Shown one piece after another: positions 27,941-38,478 of a stretch of DNA of 64,000 nt. Position 1 is the first letter of the stretch. Every line of letters starts with the position of its first letter. The DNA is from an uncultured Weeksellaceae bacterium. Lineage in GTDB: Bacteria; Bacteroidota; Bacteroidia; Flavobacteriales_D; CAYVSK01. The translations under genes were made by a program, and so were the position numbers. The notes under the pieces were generated by a model. It made no database searches and was not told the origin of the DNA. It saw only the letters and a list, made by a program, of their open reading frames with translations. The stretch lies in assembly GCA_964537825.1 (NCBI GenBank), contig CAZIDL010000001.1, positions 67,668 to 131,667 on the forward strand, read 5' to 3'.

Positions 27941-30900
27941 ATGGACAAGGCGACGCTCAGGAAGACCTATCAAGAAAGTGAAGAGGCAGCTTTTCTGAAC
28001 AAGGCTGCACAAGAAAGAGCGGCACGCGTTCACCTCAAGAACGCCATCGGCGCATCCGTTCCCCTCTACGCCATGAGCGTTCTATCCGCCTCGAGCGGGC
28101 TTCATCTTTTCATCCTCGATGATAAGGAAGAGGCCGCTTATTTCTTCAATGATCTTGAAGCCCTTGCAGAGAAGGAATATAAACCCTTTTTCTTTCCTGC
28201 CAGTTACCGCGATCCTTATGGTAAAGAAAAGGCGGACCCTACCGATATCCAGATGCGCACGGAGGCTCTGGAGGCGGTAGAGAACAGCGATGCCCGCAAC
28301 AGCCTGGCCATCGTCACCTATCCTGAGGCCTTGGCCGAACGGGTCGTCACCCACGAGCACCTGGCTAAGAATTCGCTCAGCATCGAGACCGGCAAGGAAT
28401 ATTCGGTCGACTTTATCAACGAGCTGCTGATCGAGTTGGAGTTCGAAAAGGTGGATCATGTGGAAACCCCGGGACAATTCGCGGTCAGGGGGGGCATCGT
28501 GGACATTTTCTCATATACGGACGATCATCCCTATCGCATCGAGTTCTTTGGGGACGAAGTGGATTCGCTCCGCCGATTCGATCCTGTGAGCCAACTTTCC
28601 CAAAAACGGGTGACGCGAATGACCGTCGTCCCGAACGTTCGCGAGAAACTCCTGCGGGAAGCACGCTGCAATGCCCTCGAATTTTTCGGTGAGGATGCTG
28701 CGGTATGGGTCCATTCCTACAGTATGTTCCTCGAAAAGGTCGAGCAGCGTTACGAGCGTGCGAAGGATGCTTATAAGGAAGAAGAGCGGCAAGAAGGGGT
28801 GACCAGAATGAGCCCTGAGGAACTCTATGTGGACCGATCCGGGATGGAAGAGCAGCTCGCTGCCCTGCCTATCTTCGAGTTCAGCCCGACCCCTTACCAC
28901 GAGCCTGAGAAGGTCGTGGATCTCGAATGCAAACCCCAGCCCAGCTTCAACAAGGATTTCGATATGCTCTTCGAGGATCTCGAGGAGCAAAAACGAGCTG
29001 GTCATTCCCTTTGGATCCTGGCTGGTCAGTCCGATCAGGTGGAGCGCCTTTACCGCATCATCGAGGATAAGGGAAAGGAGGAGCTCGGGGTGCAGGTCTT
29101 CCTCCTTCCGTTGTCCGCTGGGTTTATCGACCAGAAGCAGCGGATCGTCTGCTATACCGATCACCAGATCTTCGAACGTTACCACCGTTTCAAGCTAAAA
29201 GAAGGGTTTAAACGGAAGCAGGAAGCACTCACCATCCAGGACCTGAACGAGCTTCAACCAGGGGACTACGTGGCCCATATCGATCACGGGATCGGCAAGT
29301 ACTCAGGGCTTGAGACCATCGATGTTGACGGGAAGAAGCAGGAAGCGGTCCGATTGATCTACCGCGATCAGGACATCCTCTATGTCAGTATCCACTCCCT
29401 CCATCGGATCGCCCGCTATTCCGGTCAGGAAGGGAAGACCCCTAAGATCGACAAGTTGGGGTCGAACGCCTGGAAGAACCTCAAAAAGAAGACGAAAAAG
29501 AAGGTCAAAGAACTGGCCTTCGACCTGATCGAGCTCTATGCCAAACGCAAGGCCTCGAAAGGTTTTGCTTTCTCCGAGGACAGCTACCTACAGACCGAGC
29601 TCGAGGCCTCTTTCATGTTCGAGGATACGCCCGACCAAGCCCAGGCTACACAGGATGTGAAGCAGGATATGGAGAAGGATCATCCCATGGACCGTCTGAT
29701 CTGCGGTGATGTGGGTTTTGGAAAGACAGAAGTAGCTATTCGGGCCGCATTTAAGGCGGTTGCTGACAACAAGCAAGTGGCGGTCCTCGCCCCTACTACG
29801 ATCCTTACCCTCCAGCATTATAACAGTTTTAAGGAACGCCTCAAGGACTTTCCCTGTTCGATAGGCTTGCTCAACCGCTTCCGCTCCCAAAAGGAACAAA
29901 AAGAGACCCGAGAAGCTCTTGCGAACGGCCAACTGGATATCGTTATCGGCACCCATGCGCTCGTAGGTAAACAGGTGAAGTTCAACGATCTCGGCCTCCT
30001 CGTGATCGACGAAGAACAGAAGTTCGGGGTCTCCACCAAGGAAAAGCTGAAAACCCTCCGCGAGAACGTCGATACGCTTACGCTGACCGCCACTCCTATT
30101 CCGCGCACCCTTCAGTTCTCTCTCATGGGAGCGCGGGACCTTTCGATCATCAATACGCCACCGCCGAATCGCCATCCCGTTCAGACGGAGGTCCGTCCCT
30201 TCGATCCTGAGATCGCCCGGGAAGCGGTGCAGTACGAAGTGAGTCGGAACGGGCAGGTCTTTTTCGTTCACAATCGGGTCCAGAACATCCAGCAGGTAAA
30301 AGAGATGGTGGAGAAAATGTGTCCGGAGGTGAACGTGACCGTTGCGCATGGGCAGATGGAAGGAAAGGAGTTGGAGCAGGTTATGGTCGACTTCATGCAG
30401 GGTAAGCAGGAAGTGCTGGTCTGTACGACGATCATCATGTCCGGTATCGATATTCCCAACGCCAATACCATGATCGTCAACGATGCCCATATGTTCGGCC
30501 TCAGCGACCTTCATCAATTGCGGGGAAGGGTGGGAAGGACCAACAAAAAAGCCTTTTGCTACCTGCTCGCTCCGGCGCTTCATTCCCTTACTGAAGAGGC
30601 CCGAAAGCGGCTTCGTGCGATCGAGCAGTTCTCCGAACTGGGAAGCGGCTTCAATATCGCGATGCGAGACCTCGATATCAGAGGTGCGGGCGATCTGTTG
30701 GGGGCCGAGCAGACCGGTTTCATCAACGACATCGGCTTCGAGATGTACCAAAAGATCCTCAATGAATCCGTTCAAGAGCTTAAAGAGAAGGAGTTCAAGG
30801 AACTCTTTCACCAGGAACAGGAAGAGGCCGGTCGTTATGTGGAGGAATGCCAGATCGAGACGGACCTCGAAGTGCGTATTCCAGATCAGTACGTCAAGGA

Positions 30901-31309
30901 CATCAACGAACGGCTCAGCCTTTATCAGCGGCTCGATAACATCGAGAACGAAGAAGGATTACAGCGTTTCGAGGAAGAATTGCGGGATCGCTTTGGTCCC
31001 ATTCCCGATGCCGTTTCAGCCCTTTTCGATGTGCTCCGCCTGCGGTGGAAGGGACGGGACATTGGCTTTGAAAAGCTAGTGATCAAGAAAGGAAAAATGA
31101 TCGGCACCTTCGTCACCGATCCAGAATCCCCTTATTATCAGAGCCAGACCTTTACTCGGGTGCTCGAATATCTGAGGATGGAGCCTCAGAAAGTGGAAAT
31201 GAAGGAGAAAGGGAACCGCTTGCGCTTGGTCTTCAACGAAGTCGATTCGGTCGATAAAGCTCTTAATGCCCTTGGAGCCATTCTTCAGCAGGAACTTTCG
31301 GAAGCCTGA
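27941..31309 (+). CDS. mfd: Transcription-repair coupling factor
   Basis: 1122 aa with a UvrB-homology N-region, a CarD-like domain (GDYVAHIDHGIGKY), superfamily-2 helicase motifs (CGDVGFGKTEVA, DEEQKFG, LTLTATPIPRTL) and a TRG region. Confidence 0.96.
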   Translation: MDKATLRKTYQESEEAAFLNKAAQERAARVHLKNAIGASVPLYAMSVLSASSGLHLFILDDKEEAAYFFNDLEALAEKEYKPFFFPASYRDPYGKEKADPTDIQMRTEALEAVENSDARNSLAIVTYPEALAERVVTHEHLAKNSLSIETGKEYSVDFINELLIELEFEKVDHVETPGQFAVRGGIVDIFSYTDDHPYRIEFFGDEVDSLRRFDPVSQLSQKRVTRMTVVPNVREKLLREARCNALEFFGEDAAVWVHSYSMFLEKVEQRYERAKDAYKEEERQEGVTRMSPEELYVDRSGMEEQLAALPIFEFSPTPYHEPEKVVDLECKPQPSFNKDFDMLFEDLEEQKRAGHSLWILAGQSDQVERLYRIIEDKGKEELGVQVFLLPLSAGFIDQKQRIVCYTDHQIFERYHRFKLKEGFKRKQEALTIQDLNELQPGDYVAHIDHGIGKYSGLETIDVDGKKQEAVRLIYRDQDILYVSIHSLHRIARYSGQEGKTPKIDKLGSNAWKNLKKKTKKKVKELAFDLIELYAKRKASKGFAFSEDSYLQTELEASFMFEDTPDQAQATQDVKQDMEKDHPMDRLICGDVGFGKTEVAIRAAFKAVADNKQVAVLAPTTILTLQHYNSFKERLKDFPCSIGLLNRFRSQKEQKETREALANGQLDIVIGTHALVGKQVKFNDLGLLVIDEEQKFGVSTKEKLKTLRENVDTLTLTATPIPRTLQFSLMGARDLSIINTPPPNRHPVQTEVRPFDPEIAREAVQYEVSRNGQVFFVHNRVQNIQQVKEMVEKMCPEVNVTVAHGQMEGKELEQVMVDFMQGKQEVLVCTTIIMSGIDIPNANTMIVNDAHMFGLSDLHQLRGRVGRTNKKAFCYLLAPALHSLTEEARKRLRAIEQFSELGSGFNIAMRDLDIRGAGDLLGAEQTGFINDIGFEMYQKILNESVQELKEKEFKELFHQEQEEAGRYVEECQIETDLEVRIPDQYVKDINERLSLYQRLDNIENEEGLQRFEEELRDRFGPIPDAVSALFDVLRLRWKGRDIGFEKLVIKKGKMIGTFVTDPESPYYQSQTFTRVLEYLRMEPQKVEMKEKGNRLRLVFNEVDSVDKALNALGAILQQELSEA

Positions 31310-31768
31310 TCATCCCTCAGGACGGTATCCCCAATAGATGATGGCCCATGCGATGGCTACGTACCGGGCTGATTTCCCTATGAACATAAAGAGGGTGACC
31401 CGCCACCAACTCGCTTTGAAGAGCCCCAGGGCTATTGCGAGAACGTCCCCTATCCCCGGAAACCACGATATGAAGGCAAGGACGCTTCCCCATCGGTCCA
31501 CCCATCGTTTGAAGCCTCGTACTTTTTCCCGTTTGACCCTTAAGTATTTCTCGATCCAGATCCATTTCCCTAGATAGCCCAGAAAGTAGTTCGTCATCCC
31601 TCCTAACCAATTCCCGATGGAGGCCAGGATCACCGTTAGATATGGGTCCCAGGTCCCGGCCAGGATCATTCCTGCCAGGACCACATCCGAACTAAAAGGA
31701 ACGATAGTCGCTGCTAAAAAGGAAAGGAGAAAGATCCCCCAATAACCGTATTCAGCCCATTCAGGCAT
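31310..31768 (-). CDS. DedA/YqaA-family small membrane protein
   Basis: 152 aa, multi-TM, with GIFLLSFLAATIVPFSSDVVL and NWLGGMTNYFLG patterns typical of YqaA-like DedA proteins. Its stop abuts the mfd stop with a 0-nt gap (convergent). Confidence 0.7.
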   Translation of the reverse strand: MPEWAEYGYWGIFLLSFLAATIVPFSSDVVLAGMILAGTWDPYLTVILASIGNWLGGMTNYFLGYLGKWIWIEKYLRVKREKVRGFKRWVDRWGSVLAFISWFPGIGDVLAIALGLFKASWWRVTLFMFIGKSARYVAIAWAIIYWGYRPEG

Positions 31769-31773
31769 CGGAT

Positions 31774-31781
31774 CAAAAATA
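31774..31781 (-). promoter_or_regulatory. -7 promoter box (TATTTTTG on minus strand) abutting the yqaA-like start codon
   Basis: Exact TAnnTTTG. Five nt separate it from the ATG at 31768, which predicts a leaderless transcript. Confidence 0.4.
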
Positions 31782-31807
31782 GGGATCCGCTTGGTGGCAG
31801 CCTTTGC

Positions 31808-31815
31808 TAATTTTG
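31808..31815 (+). promoter_or_regulatory. -7 promoter box (TAATTTTG) for the second usp gene
   Basis: Exact TAnnTTTG, 119 nt upstream of the preferred ATG (31935) and 35 nt upstream of an alternative in-frame ATG (31851). Confidence 0.35.
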
Positions 31816-31869
31816 AGAGAAGGGGATCGTTCCCGGCTCGAACTTTTAAAATGACGCATGCTCTCCGAT

Positions 31870-31897
31870 CTGTTCCGGACGGTGCCGTCCGGAACAG
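31870..31897. repeat. Perfect 13-bp inverted repeat with 2-nt spacer in the usp leader
   Basis: CTGTTCCGGACGG (31870-82), TG, CCGTCCGGAACAG (31885-97), read directly from the sequence. It lies between the promoter box and the usp start. Confidence 0.9.
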
Positions 31898-31934
31898 AAG
31901 AGAGCAGCCAGCAGTTCAAAGGAATCTACTGATC

Positions 31935-32870
31935 ATGGCCGAACTTCCAGCCCTTAAAAAGGTCCTCGTCCCGACGGATCTCTCTGATCTTTCCGTCCAT
32001 GCTCTCCAATGGGCCGACCGTATAGCAGGTCGGAGCGAAGGGGAGATCCATGCCCTCAAGATCCTCGAGCCCCCCGGTGAAATGCTCTTCGATCCCGAAG
32101 GGGACCTTTTGGAAGTAGAAGAATACGACATGGGGCAATTGGAATTGGAACGGAAGAGCGATGAGGAAGGGATCCGGAAATGGGCTGCTAATGCCAGGAA
32201 TCCGGTTATCAAGAACGTGCAGATCGGTCGTTTGGTGGAGGATACTTTGCGCTATGTGCGGGATAATGGGATCGAGCTCATCGTCATGGGCACCCATGGA
32301 ACCCAAGGAGCCTGGGAATGGCTGGCCGGTTCCGTTGCTGAAAAGATGGTCCGCTATTCCGATGCCCCGGTGCTTTCCATCAAAAGCGATCCGGAAGGAC
32401 GGAGCATCGATCGCATTCTGCTCGCTAGCGATTTTGAGGATCCGGAGCTCAGAAAGTCCAAGGGGCCGGTAGAAGCGCTTGGTGAAGGTGCATCCACGGC
32501 CTATCCGCTCGAAGGTAGTGCAAAGGAACCTGTAGCCATCGTCAAGAGGATCCAAGAGCTCTTTGATGCTGAACTTCATCTCCTTCGGGTATTGGGAAAA
32601 AAGGAGGAAAACCAAAAGGAACGCTGGGATGAGGCGATGGATCGCTTCATCGAAGGGAATGGGCTGGACGTTGCGAAGAAGCATTTCGAGGTCGATGAGG
32701 ACGTTGAGGATGGGATCCTCAATTTTGCTCAACGCGAGGAGATGAACCTGATCGCGATGGGGAGCCACGGATATCACGGTTGGAAGCACTTGTTCCACCA
32801 TAGCGTGTCCGAGGATGTTGTGGACCACCTGCCTTTTCCCGTGCTGACCTACCGACTCAGAGACGAATAA
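31935..32870 (+). CDS. Tandem-domain universal stress protein (UspA family)
   Basis: Start set at ATG 31935, giving the canonical Usp N-terminus MAELPALKKVLVPTDLSDLS. The second half reads IDRILLASDFEDPE...MNLIAMGSHGYHGW...VVDHLPFPVLTY. An alternative start is at 31851. Confidence 0.75.
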   Translation: MAELPALKKVLVPTDLSDLSVHALQWADRIAGRSEGEIHALKILEPPGEMLFDPEGDLLEVEEYDMGQLELERKSDEEGIRKWAANARNPVIKNVQIGRLVEDTLRYVRDNGIELIVMGTHGTQGAWEWLAGSVAEKMVRYSDAPVLSIKSDPEGRSIDRILLASDFEDPELRKSKGPVEALGEGASTAYPLEGSAKEPVAIVKRIQELFDAELHLLRVLGKKEENQKERWDEAMDRFIEGNGLDVAKKHFEVDEDVEDGILNFAQREEMNLIAMGSHGYHGWKHLFHHSVSEDVVDHLPFPVLTYRLRDE

Positions 32871-33004
32871 TGAAAGTGGGAATTGTTCCTTGCTTTATCA
32901 GGAACTTTGTGCTTCAAAGCCATCCCTGCCTTCTGTGAAACCTGATAAGGAGAGATGGTACAACGAAGAGGCGGGAATGGAACTGAGAAAACGGTTTTAT
33001 AAGA

Positions 33005-33328
33005 ATGACCATTCAAGAGGCACAAGAAAAGGTTGACGCTTGGATCAAAGAACACGGGGTCCGTTATTTTGACGAGACCACCAACATGGCACAACTAACT
33101 GAAGAAGTGGGCGAAGTAGCTCGGATCATTGCTCGCCGATACGGCGAACAATCCGAAAAGGAGAGCGATAAGGAAAAGGAGCTTGGCGACGAATTAGCCG
33201 ATGTACTCTTCGTTGTCGTCTGTTTGGCCAATCAAACAGGGGTGGACCTGGAAGAAGCCGTTGAAAGGAACTTGGCAAAGAAGACCGAACGGGATAGCGA
33301 CAGGCACCAGCAGAACCCGAAATTGTGA
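33005..33328 (+). CDS. Small MazG-like nucleotide pyrophosphohydrolase
   Basis: 107 aa with EEVGEVARII...ELGDELADVLFVVVCLANQTGVDLEEA, the all-alpha NTP-PPase EExxE/D pattern. Confidence 0.75.
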   Translation: MTIQEAQEKVDAWIKEHGVRYFDETTNMAQLTEEVGEVARIIARRYGEQSEKESDKEKELGDELADVLFVVVCLANQTGVDLEEAVERNLAKKTERDSDRHQQNPKL

Positions 33329-33374
33329 TGGGGGTGTTGTCCTTCTAACGTAGCGAGCGAATGATATAGGGTGG

Positions 33375-33394
33375 GGGCCAGTCGCGACTGGCCC
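33375..33394. repeat. Perfect 20-bp GC-rich palindrome between convergent genes (possible bidirectional terminator hairpin without U-tract)
   Basis: GGGCCAGTCGCGACTGGCCC is its own reverse complement. It lies 47 nt after the mazG-like stop and 48 nt after the atpC stop. Confidence 0.6.
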
Positions 33395-33441
33395 TCCATG
33401 GATCGGAATGGTTTGTCCCTATACAGAACGGTCTTTCGGTC

Positions 33442-33681
33442 CTAACCTTCCGCCAATACCATCACTAGGTCCTTCTTGACCTCGACGACGCCGCCTTTGA
33501 TCTCGAAACTGTCTTCCTGTCCCTGGGCGTCGGTCAATTCGACCTTTCCGGACTGAAGGGCGGCGATAAGAGGTGCATGCCCTTTCAGGATGCCGAAGCG
33601 GCCGTCCTTTCCGGGTAGCTGGACCTTTTCGATATCGCCTTCGTAAAGCGAGCGATCGGGTGATATCACATTCAGCTTCAT
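33442..33681 (-). CDS. atpC: F-type ATP synthase epsilon subunit (short form)
   Basis: 79 aa reading MKLNVISPDRSLYEGDIEKVQLPGKDGRFGILKGHAPLIAAL, directly downstream of atpD. Confidence 0.9.
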   Translation of the reverse strand: MKLNVISPDRSLYEGDIEKVQLPGKDGRFGILKGHAPLIAALQSGKVELTDAQGQEDSFEIKGGVVEVKKDLVMVLAEG

Positions 33682-33696
33682 GGGCTCCTCCGCCTT

Positions 33697-35358
<1,662 letters not shown>

Positions 35359-35382
35359 TCATTCAGGGAGGGGGCGAACGTT

Positions 35383-36339
35383 TTGAAGGTTCATCATAGC
35401 ATAGCGGAGTTCGAGGCGCAGGGGGGCCATGTCCTCACCATCGGAACTTTCGATGGGGTCCATGAAGGGCACAAGAGCATTCTCCGAAGATTGGTCGCTC
35501 GTGCACATGAGATCGGAGGGAACAGCGTTATGCTCACCTTCTTTCCCCATCCGCGGATGGTCTTGGCTCCGGAGAGCGAACTGAGGCTTTTGACCACGAT
35601 GGATGAAAAACGTTCGCTATTGGCTGAAGAGGGGCTCGATCATTTGATCATCCAACCTTTCACCAAAGAGTTCGCCTCCATGGAGCCCCATGAGTACGTT
35701 AGAAAGGTCCTCGTGGAGGGGGTCGGAATGGATTATTTGGTGATCGGCTATGATCATCATTTCGGGAAAGGACGTCAGGGGGATCTGAGCACCCTTCAGC
35801 GCTTAGCCCCTGAATACGGTTTCGAAGTAGAGGAAATTCCGGCTCACCTTATCGATGATGTGGACGTGAGCTCGACGAAGATCCGCGATGCCCTTTATGA
35901 AGGGGATGTGCGAACGGCCGCTCGTTATCTTGGTCAGCCTTACTCCCTTACCGGAGAGGTGGTGCGGGGGGACGGAAAAGGACATCAGTTGGGCTATCCC
36001 ACGGCGAATCTCAGGATCCCGGAGTCCTATAAGCTCATTCCAGCGAATGGGGTTTACGCAGTGGAGGTTCTGATGGGTGAGGAAATGTACGGAGGGATGC
36101 TCAATATTGGGTATACACCGACTTTGCACGAAAGGGATGAGGCCACGATCGAAGTCCACATATTCGGGGTGGAAGAAGAGCTTTACGGTGAACGTTTGAC
36201 CCTCCGTTTCCTGGACCGTATCCGGGATGAGTACGATTTTGATAGCGTTGGAGCGCTACGTGATCGCTTGGAAAGGGATCAGGAAGAGGTGATGGAGGTT
36301 TTGAAGTCCTTAAGTGCCGTCGGCTCTATGAGAGGATAG
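35383..36339 (+). CDS. ribF: Bifunctional riboflavin kinase / FAD synthetase (TTG start)
   Basis: 318 aa. MKVHHSIAEFEAQGGHVLTIGTFDGVHEGH is the canonical RibF N-terminus, so the TTG at 35383 must be the initiator. The riboflavin-kinase half reads GYPTANL...YAVEV...MLNIGYTPT. Confidence 0.93.
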   Translation: MKVHHSIAEFEAQGGHVLTIGTFDGVHEGHKSILRRLVARAHEIGGNSVMLTFFPHPRMVLAPESELRLLTTMDEKRSLLAEEGLDHLIIQPFTKEFASMEPHEYVRKVLVEGVGMDYLVIGYDHHFGKGRQGDLSTLQRLAPEYGFEVEEIPAHLIDDVDVSSTKIRDALYEGDVRTAARYLGQPYSLTGEVVRGDGKGHQLGYPTANLRIPESYKLIPANGVYAVEVLMGEEMYGGMLNIGYTPTLHERDEATIEVHIFGVEEELYGERLTLRFLDRIRDEYDFDSVGALRDRLERDQEEVMEVLKSLSAVGSMRG

Positions 36340-36972
36340 GGGTTCAGCTTGGTCCATTTCCTGGACTTTATCGATCGCTTGCTGAAAGATCCCGACCCGA
36401 TCCTCTTCTTCTTCCCATATGGCTCCTGCCATGGTCGCCCCAAAGAATCCCATTTCCCGAAGCTTGGGCAGTAAATCCGGGGTGACCCCTCCCAAAGCAT
36501 AAACGAGGTGCGGGGTCCGTTCGAGCACTGAAATGATGGAACGTTCGCTGTACCCCCCTCCGTGACTTTTCGAGGAGATCCCCTGGAAAACCGGGCTGAG
36601 GAACACAAAGTCATAAGGGCTTTGGTCCTGAAGGAGGTCGGCTAGATCATGACATGTACGACTTATCTTCAGTTTGGGGTCCCGCTTTTTGTACCAGAAG
36701 AAGCGAAGCCACCGTTTGATCCGCTTCTTGCGGTGGGATTTGGAAAGATGGATACCCCCGAGACCATATTTCAGGGCAAGCTCGTGATGGGTATGGATGA
36801 TGATCCGCCTTCGGTACGAAGGCGGGATCCGGTCCAGATATTCCTCCAGTTCTTTGGTACTGAAGCGGGGTTTCCGAAGATGGAACTGCTTCAGCCCCAT
36901 CTTGAACATGCGGATCAGCACTCCCGTTTCGTCCTCAGTTCTTCGAGCGTTAGAAAGGACGGCTAATTCCAT
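36310..36972 (-). CDS. Thiamine-phosphate-synthase-like (ThiE/TenI fold) protein
   Basis: 220 aa with GLKQFHLRKP...IIIHTHHELALKYGLGGIHL...YDFVFLSPVF...VYALGGV. No other thi genes are nearby. The 3' end overlaps the ribF 3' end by 30 nt (convergent). Confidence 0.6.
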   Translation of the reverse strand: MELAVLSNARRTEDETGVLIRMFKMGLKQFHLRKPRFSTKELEEYLDRIPPSYRRRIIIHTHHELALKYGLGGIHLSKSHRKKRIKRWLRFFWYKKRDPKLKISRTCHDLADLLQDQSPYDFVFLSPVFQGISSKSHGGGYSERSIISVLERTPHLVYALGGVTPDLLPKLREMGFFGATMAGAIWEEEEDRVGIFQQAIDKVQEMDQAEPLSSHRADGT

Positions 36973-36979
36973 GGGATCT

Positions 36980-37726
36980 TTATTGAAAATGCCGGGACAC
37001 AGCCCCGATCTCTTCCAGAAAGGCAGGGTCCTTTTCGAAAGCAGAACCGATCACTACAAGATCGGCTCCTGCTTCTATAGCAGAACGGAAATTTTCCCCC
37101 GAAGAGATGCCTCCTCCCACGATCAGTGGCACTTCGATGTTCTGAGCAACACGCTCGATCATTTCCGGGGGCACCGGCGCTTCAGCACCACTTCCGGCAT
37201 CCATATAGATGCAGCTCATTCCGAGCATCTCACCTGCTTGAGCTGTGGCCATCGCGATGTCCTTCTTGTCATTGGGTATAGGATGGCTGCCGCTCATATA
37301 GGAGGCCGTTGTCGGGCGTCCGCCATCGATCAGCATGTATCCCGTCGATACGACCTCCGTGTTCATCTGCTTGAGGTGAGGAGCTGCGATCACCTGTTGG
37401 CCGATGAGCAGCTCCGGATTTCTTCCGGAGATAAGGGAAAGAAAGAGGGTCGCATCCGCCCCATCGCACAATTGCATGGGACTGCCCGGAAAGGTCACCA
37501 CTGGAAGGGTAGTATGCGCTCTGATCCGCGCAAGCGTGTTATCGAAAGCATCGCTCACCAGAAGACTTCCCCCCAGAAATATAAGCTCTACCCCTTCATC
37601 CGATAGTATCTCCAGCTTATCTTCAAGGCATTCATCCTTCCTGCATTCATCAGGATCGAGCAGAAGGACGAGGCCCCCTCCCTTTTCTTCCTTTTTGCTC
37701 CGAATATGCGTTTTGATGCTACCCAA
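36980..37726 (-). CDS. Geranylgeranylglyceryl / heptaprenylglyceryl phosphate synthase family protein (GGGPS/PcrB TIM-barrel prenyltransferase)
   Basis: 248 aa with LLLDPDE..., ELIFLGGS, PVVTFPGS, FLSLISGRNPELLIGQQV, TGYMLIDGG, CIYMDAGSGA and PLIVGGGI. These match the family pattern as I remember it. Confidence 0.75.
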   Translation of the reverse strand: MGSIKTHIRSKKEEKGGGLVLLLDPDECRKDECLEDKLEILSDEGVELIFLGGSLLVSDAFDNTLARIRAHTTLPVVTFPGSPMQLCDGADATLFLSLISGRNPELLIGQQVIAAPHLKQMNTEVVSTGYMLIDGGRPTTASYMSGSHPIPNDKKDIAMATAQAGEMLGMSCIYMDAGSGAEAPVPPEMIERVAQNIEVPLIVGGGISSGENFRSAIEAGADLVVIGSAFEKDPAFLEEIGAVSRHFQ

Positions 37727-37764
37727 TGCTTTGGTCGATCGAATAGAAGGGCTACAAATCTAAT

Positions 37765-38418
37765 CTAAAGAGATCCTTCGTGAGCGATGTGGACCAAATG
37801 ATGCTGTCCAAATTCTTGATAGCTGAGTTCCACGATCCTTTCACCCCTCTTTCTTGTTATCACGTGAGCAGATATGCGTCCTGAAGAGGAGGGGGTGAAG
37901 CCTTTTACCTGCATGCATTCCCGAAAAGGGACGTTGGATATCCCTTTGAAAAGGCTCTCTTTGCAACACCAAAGAAGGTTCAGCATTTTCCCGCGCTCAC
38001 CCGGTGTACAGCCATCGACCACTTCCAGCTCGGAGGGATTGAGAAAGCGCTTTGCTACACGCTCTAATTGGGCCGGACGGCATTTCTGAAGGTCGATGCC
38101 AGCGGGCACTTCCTCCAGCGTGATCTGAACGGCAACGAACTCCGCATCATGAGTGATCGAAATACCACGTTCCGATCCGCTGAGCTTCGGGATCCTTTCA
38201 TCATAGCGGATCGGAAGACCTTCTGGAAAAAGCTCGCTGACCAAAGCCCTGACCGCAGCTCTTTGTATCCTTTTTGCGGGGGTCCCTGAAGCGAAATGGG
38301 CGTCCTTGGCCTTGACCCGTTCCGGGATGAATGCCTCGAGGTCTTCGGCCGTTTCCTCGATACGCCAGAGCCCTATTTTAGTGCCCCTCGAGGTTGTTTT
38401 TTTCCATTCCGATCCCAT
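37765..38418 (-). CDS. 4'-phosphopantetheinyl transferase superfamily protein
   Basis: 217 aa with ISITHDAEFVAVQI and WCCKESLFKG motifs (Sfp/AcpS-type) and an N-terminal IGLWRIEE. Confidence 0.75.
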   Translation of the reverse strand: MGSEWKKTTSRGTKIGLWRIEETAEDLEAFIPERVKAKDAHFASGTPAKRIQRAAVRALVSELFPEGLPIRYDERIPKLSGSERGISITHDAEFVAVQITLEEVPAGIDLQKCRPAQLERVAKRFLNPSELEVVDGCTPGERGKMLNLLWCCKESLFKGISNVPFRECMQVKGFTPSSSGRISAHVITRKRGERIVELSYQEFGQHHLVHIAHEGSL

Positions 38419-38478
38419 GTCGATCGCTTCTATTCCCTCTTGTCCTCCAAATTATTAAATTGCCCCCCAGATCGGATC

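Noticed and set aside
36310-36339. 30-nt overlap of the convergent 3' ends of ribF and the ThiE-like gene
   Set aside because: Both reading frames look genuine up to their stops and no frameshift is apparent. Short convergent overlaps occur in compact genomes, so I see no evidence of anything functional.
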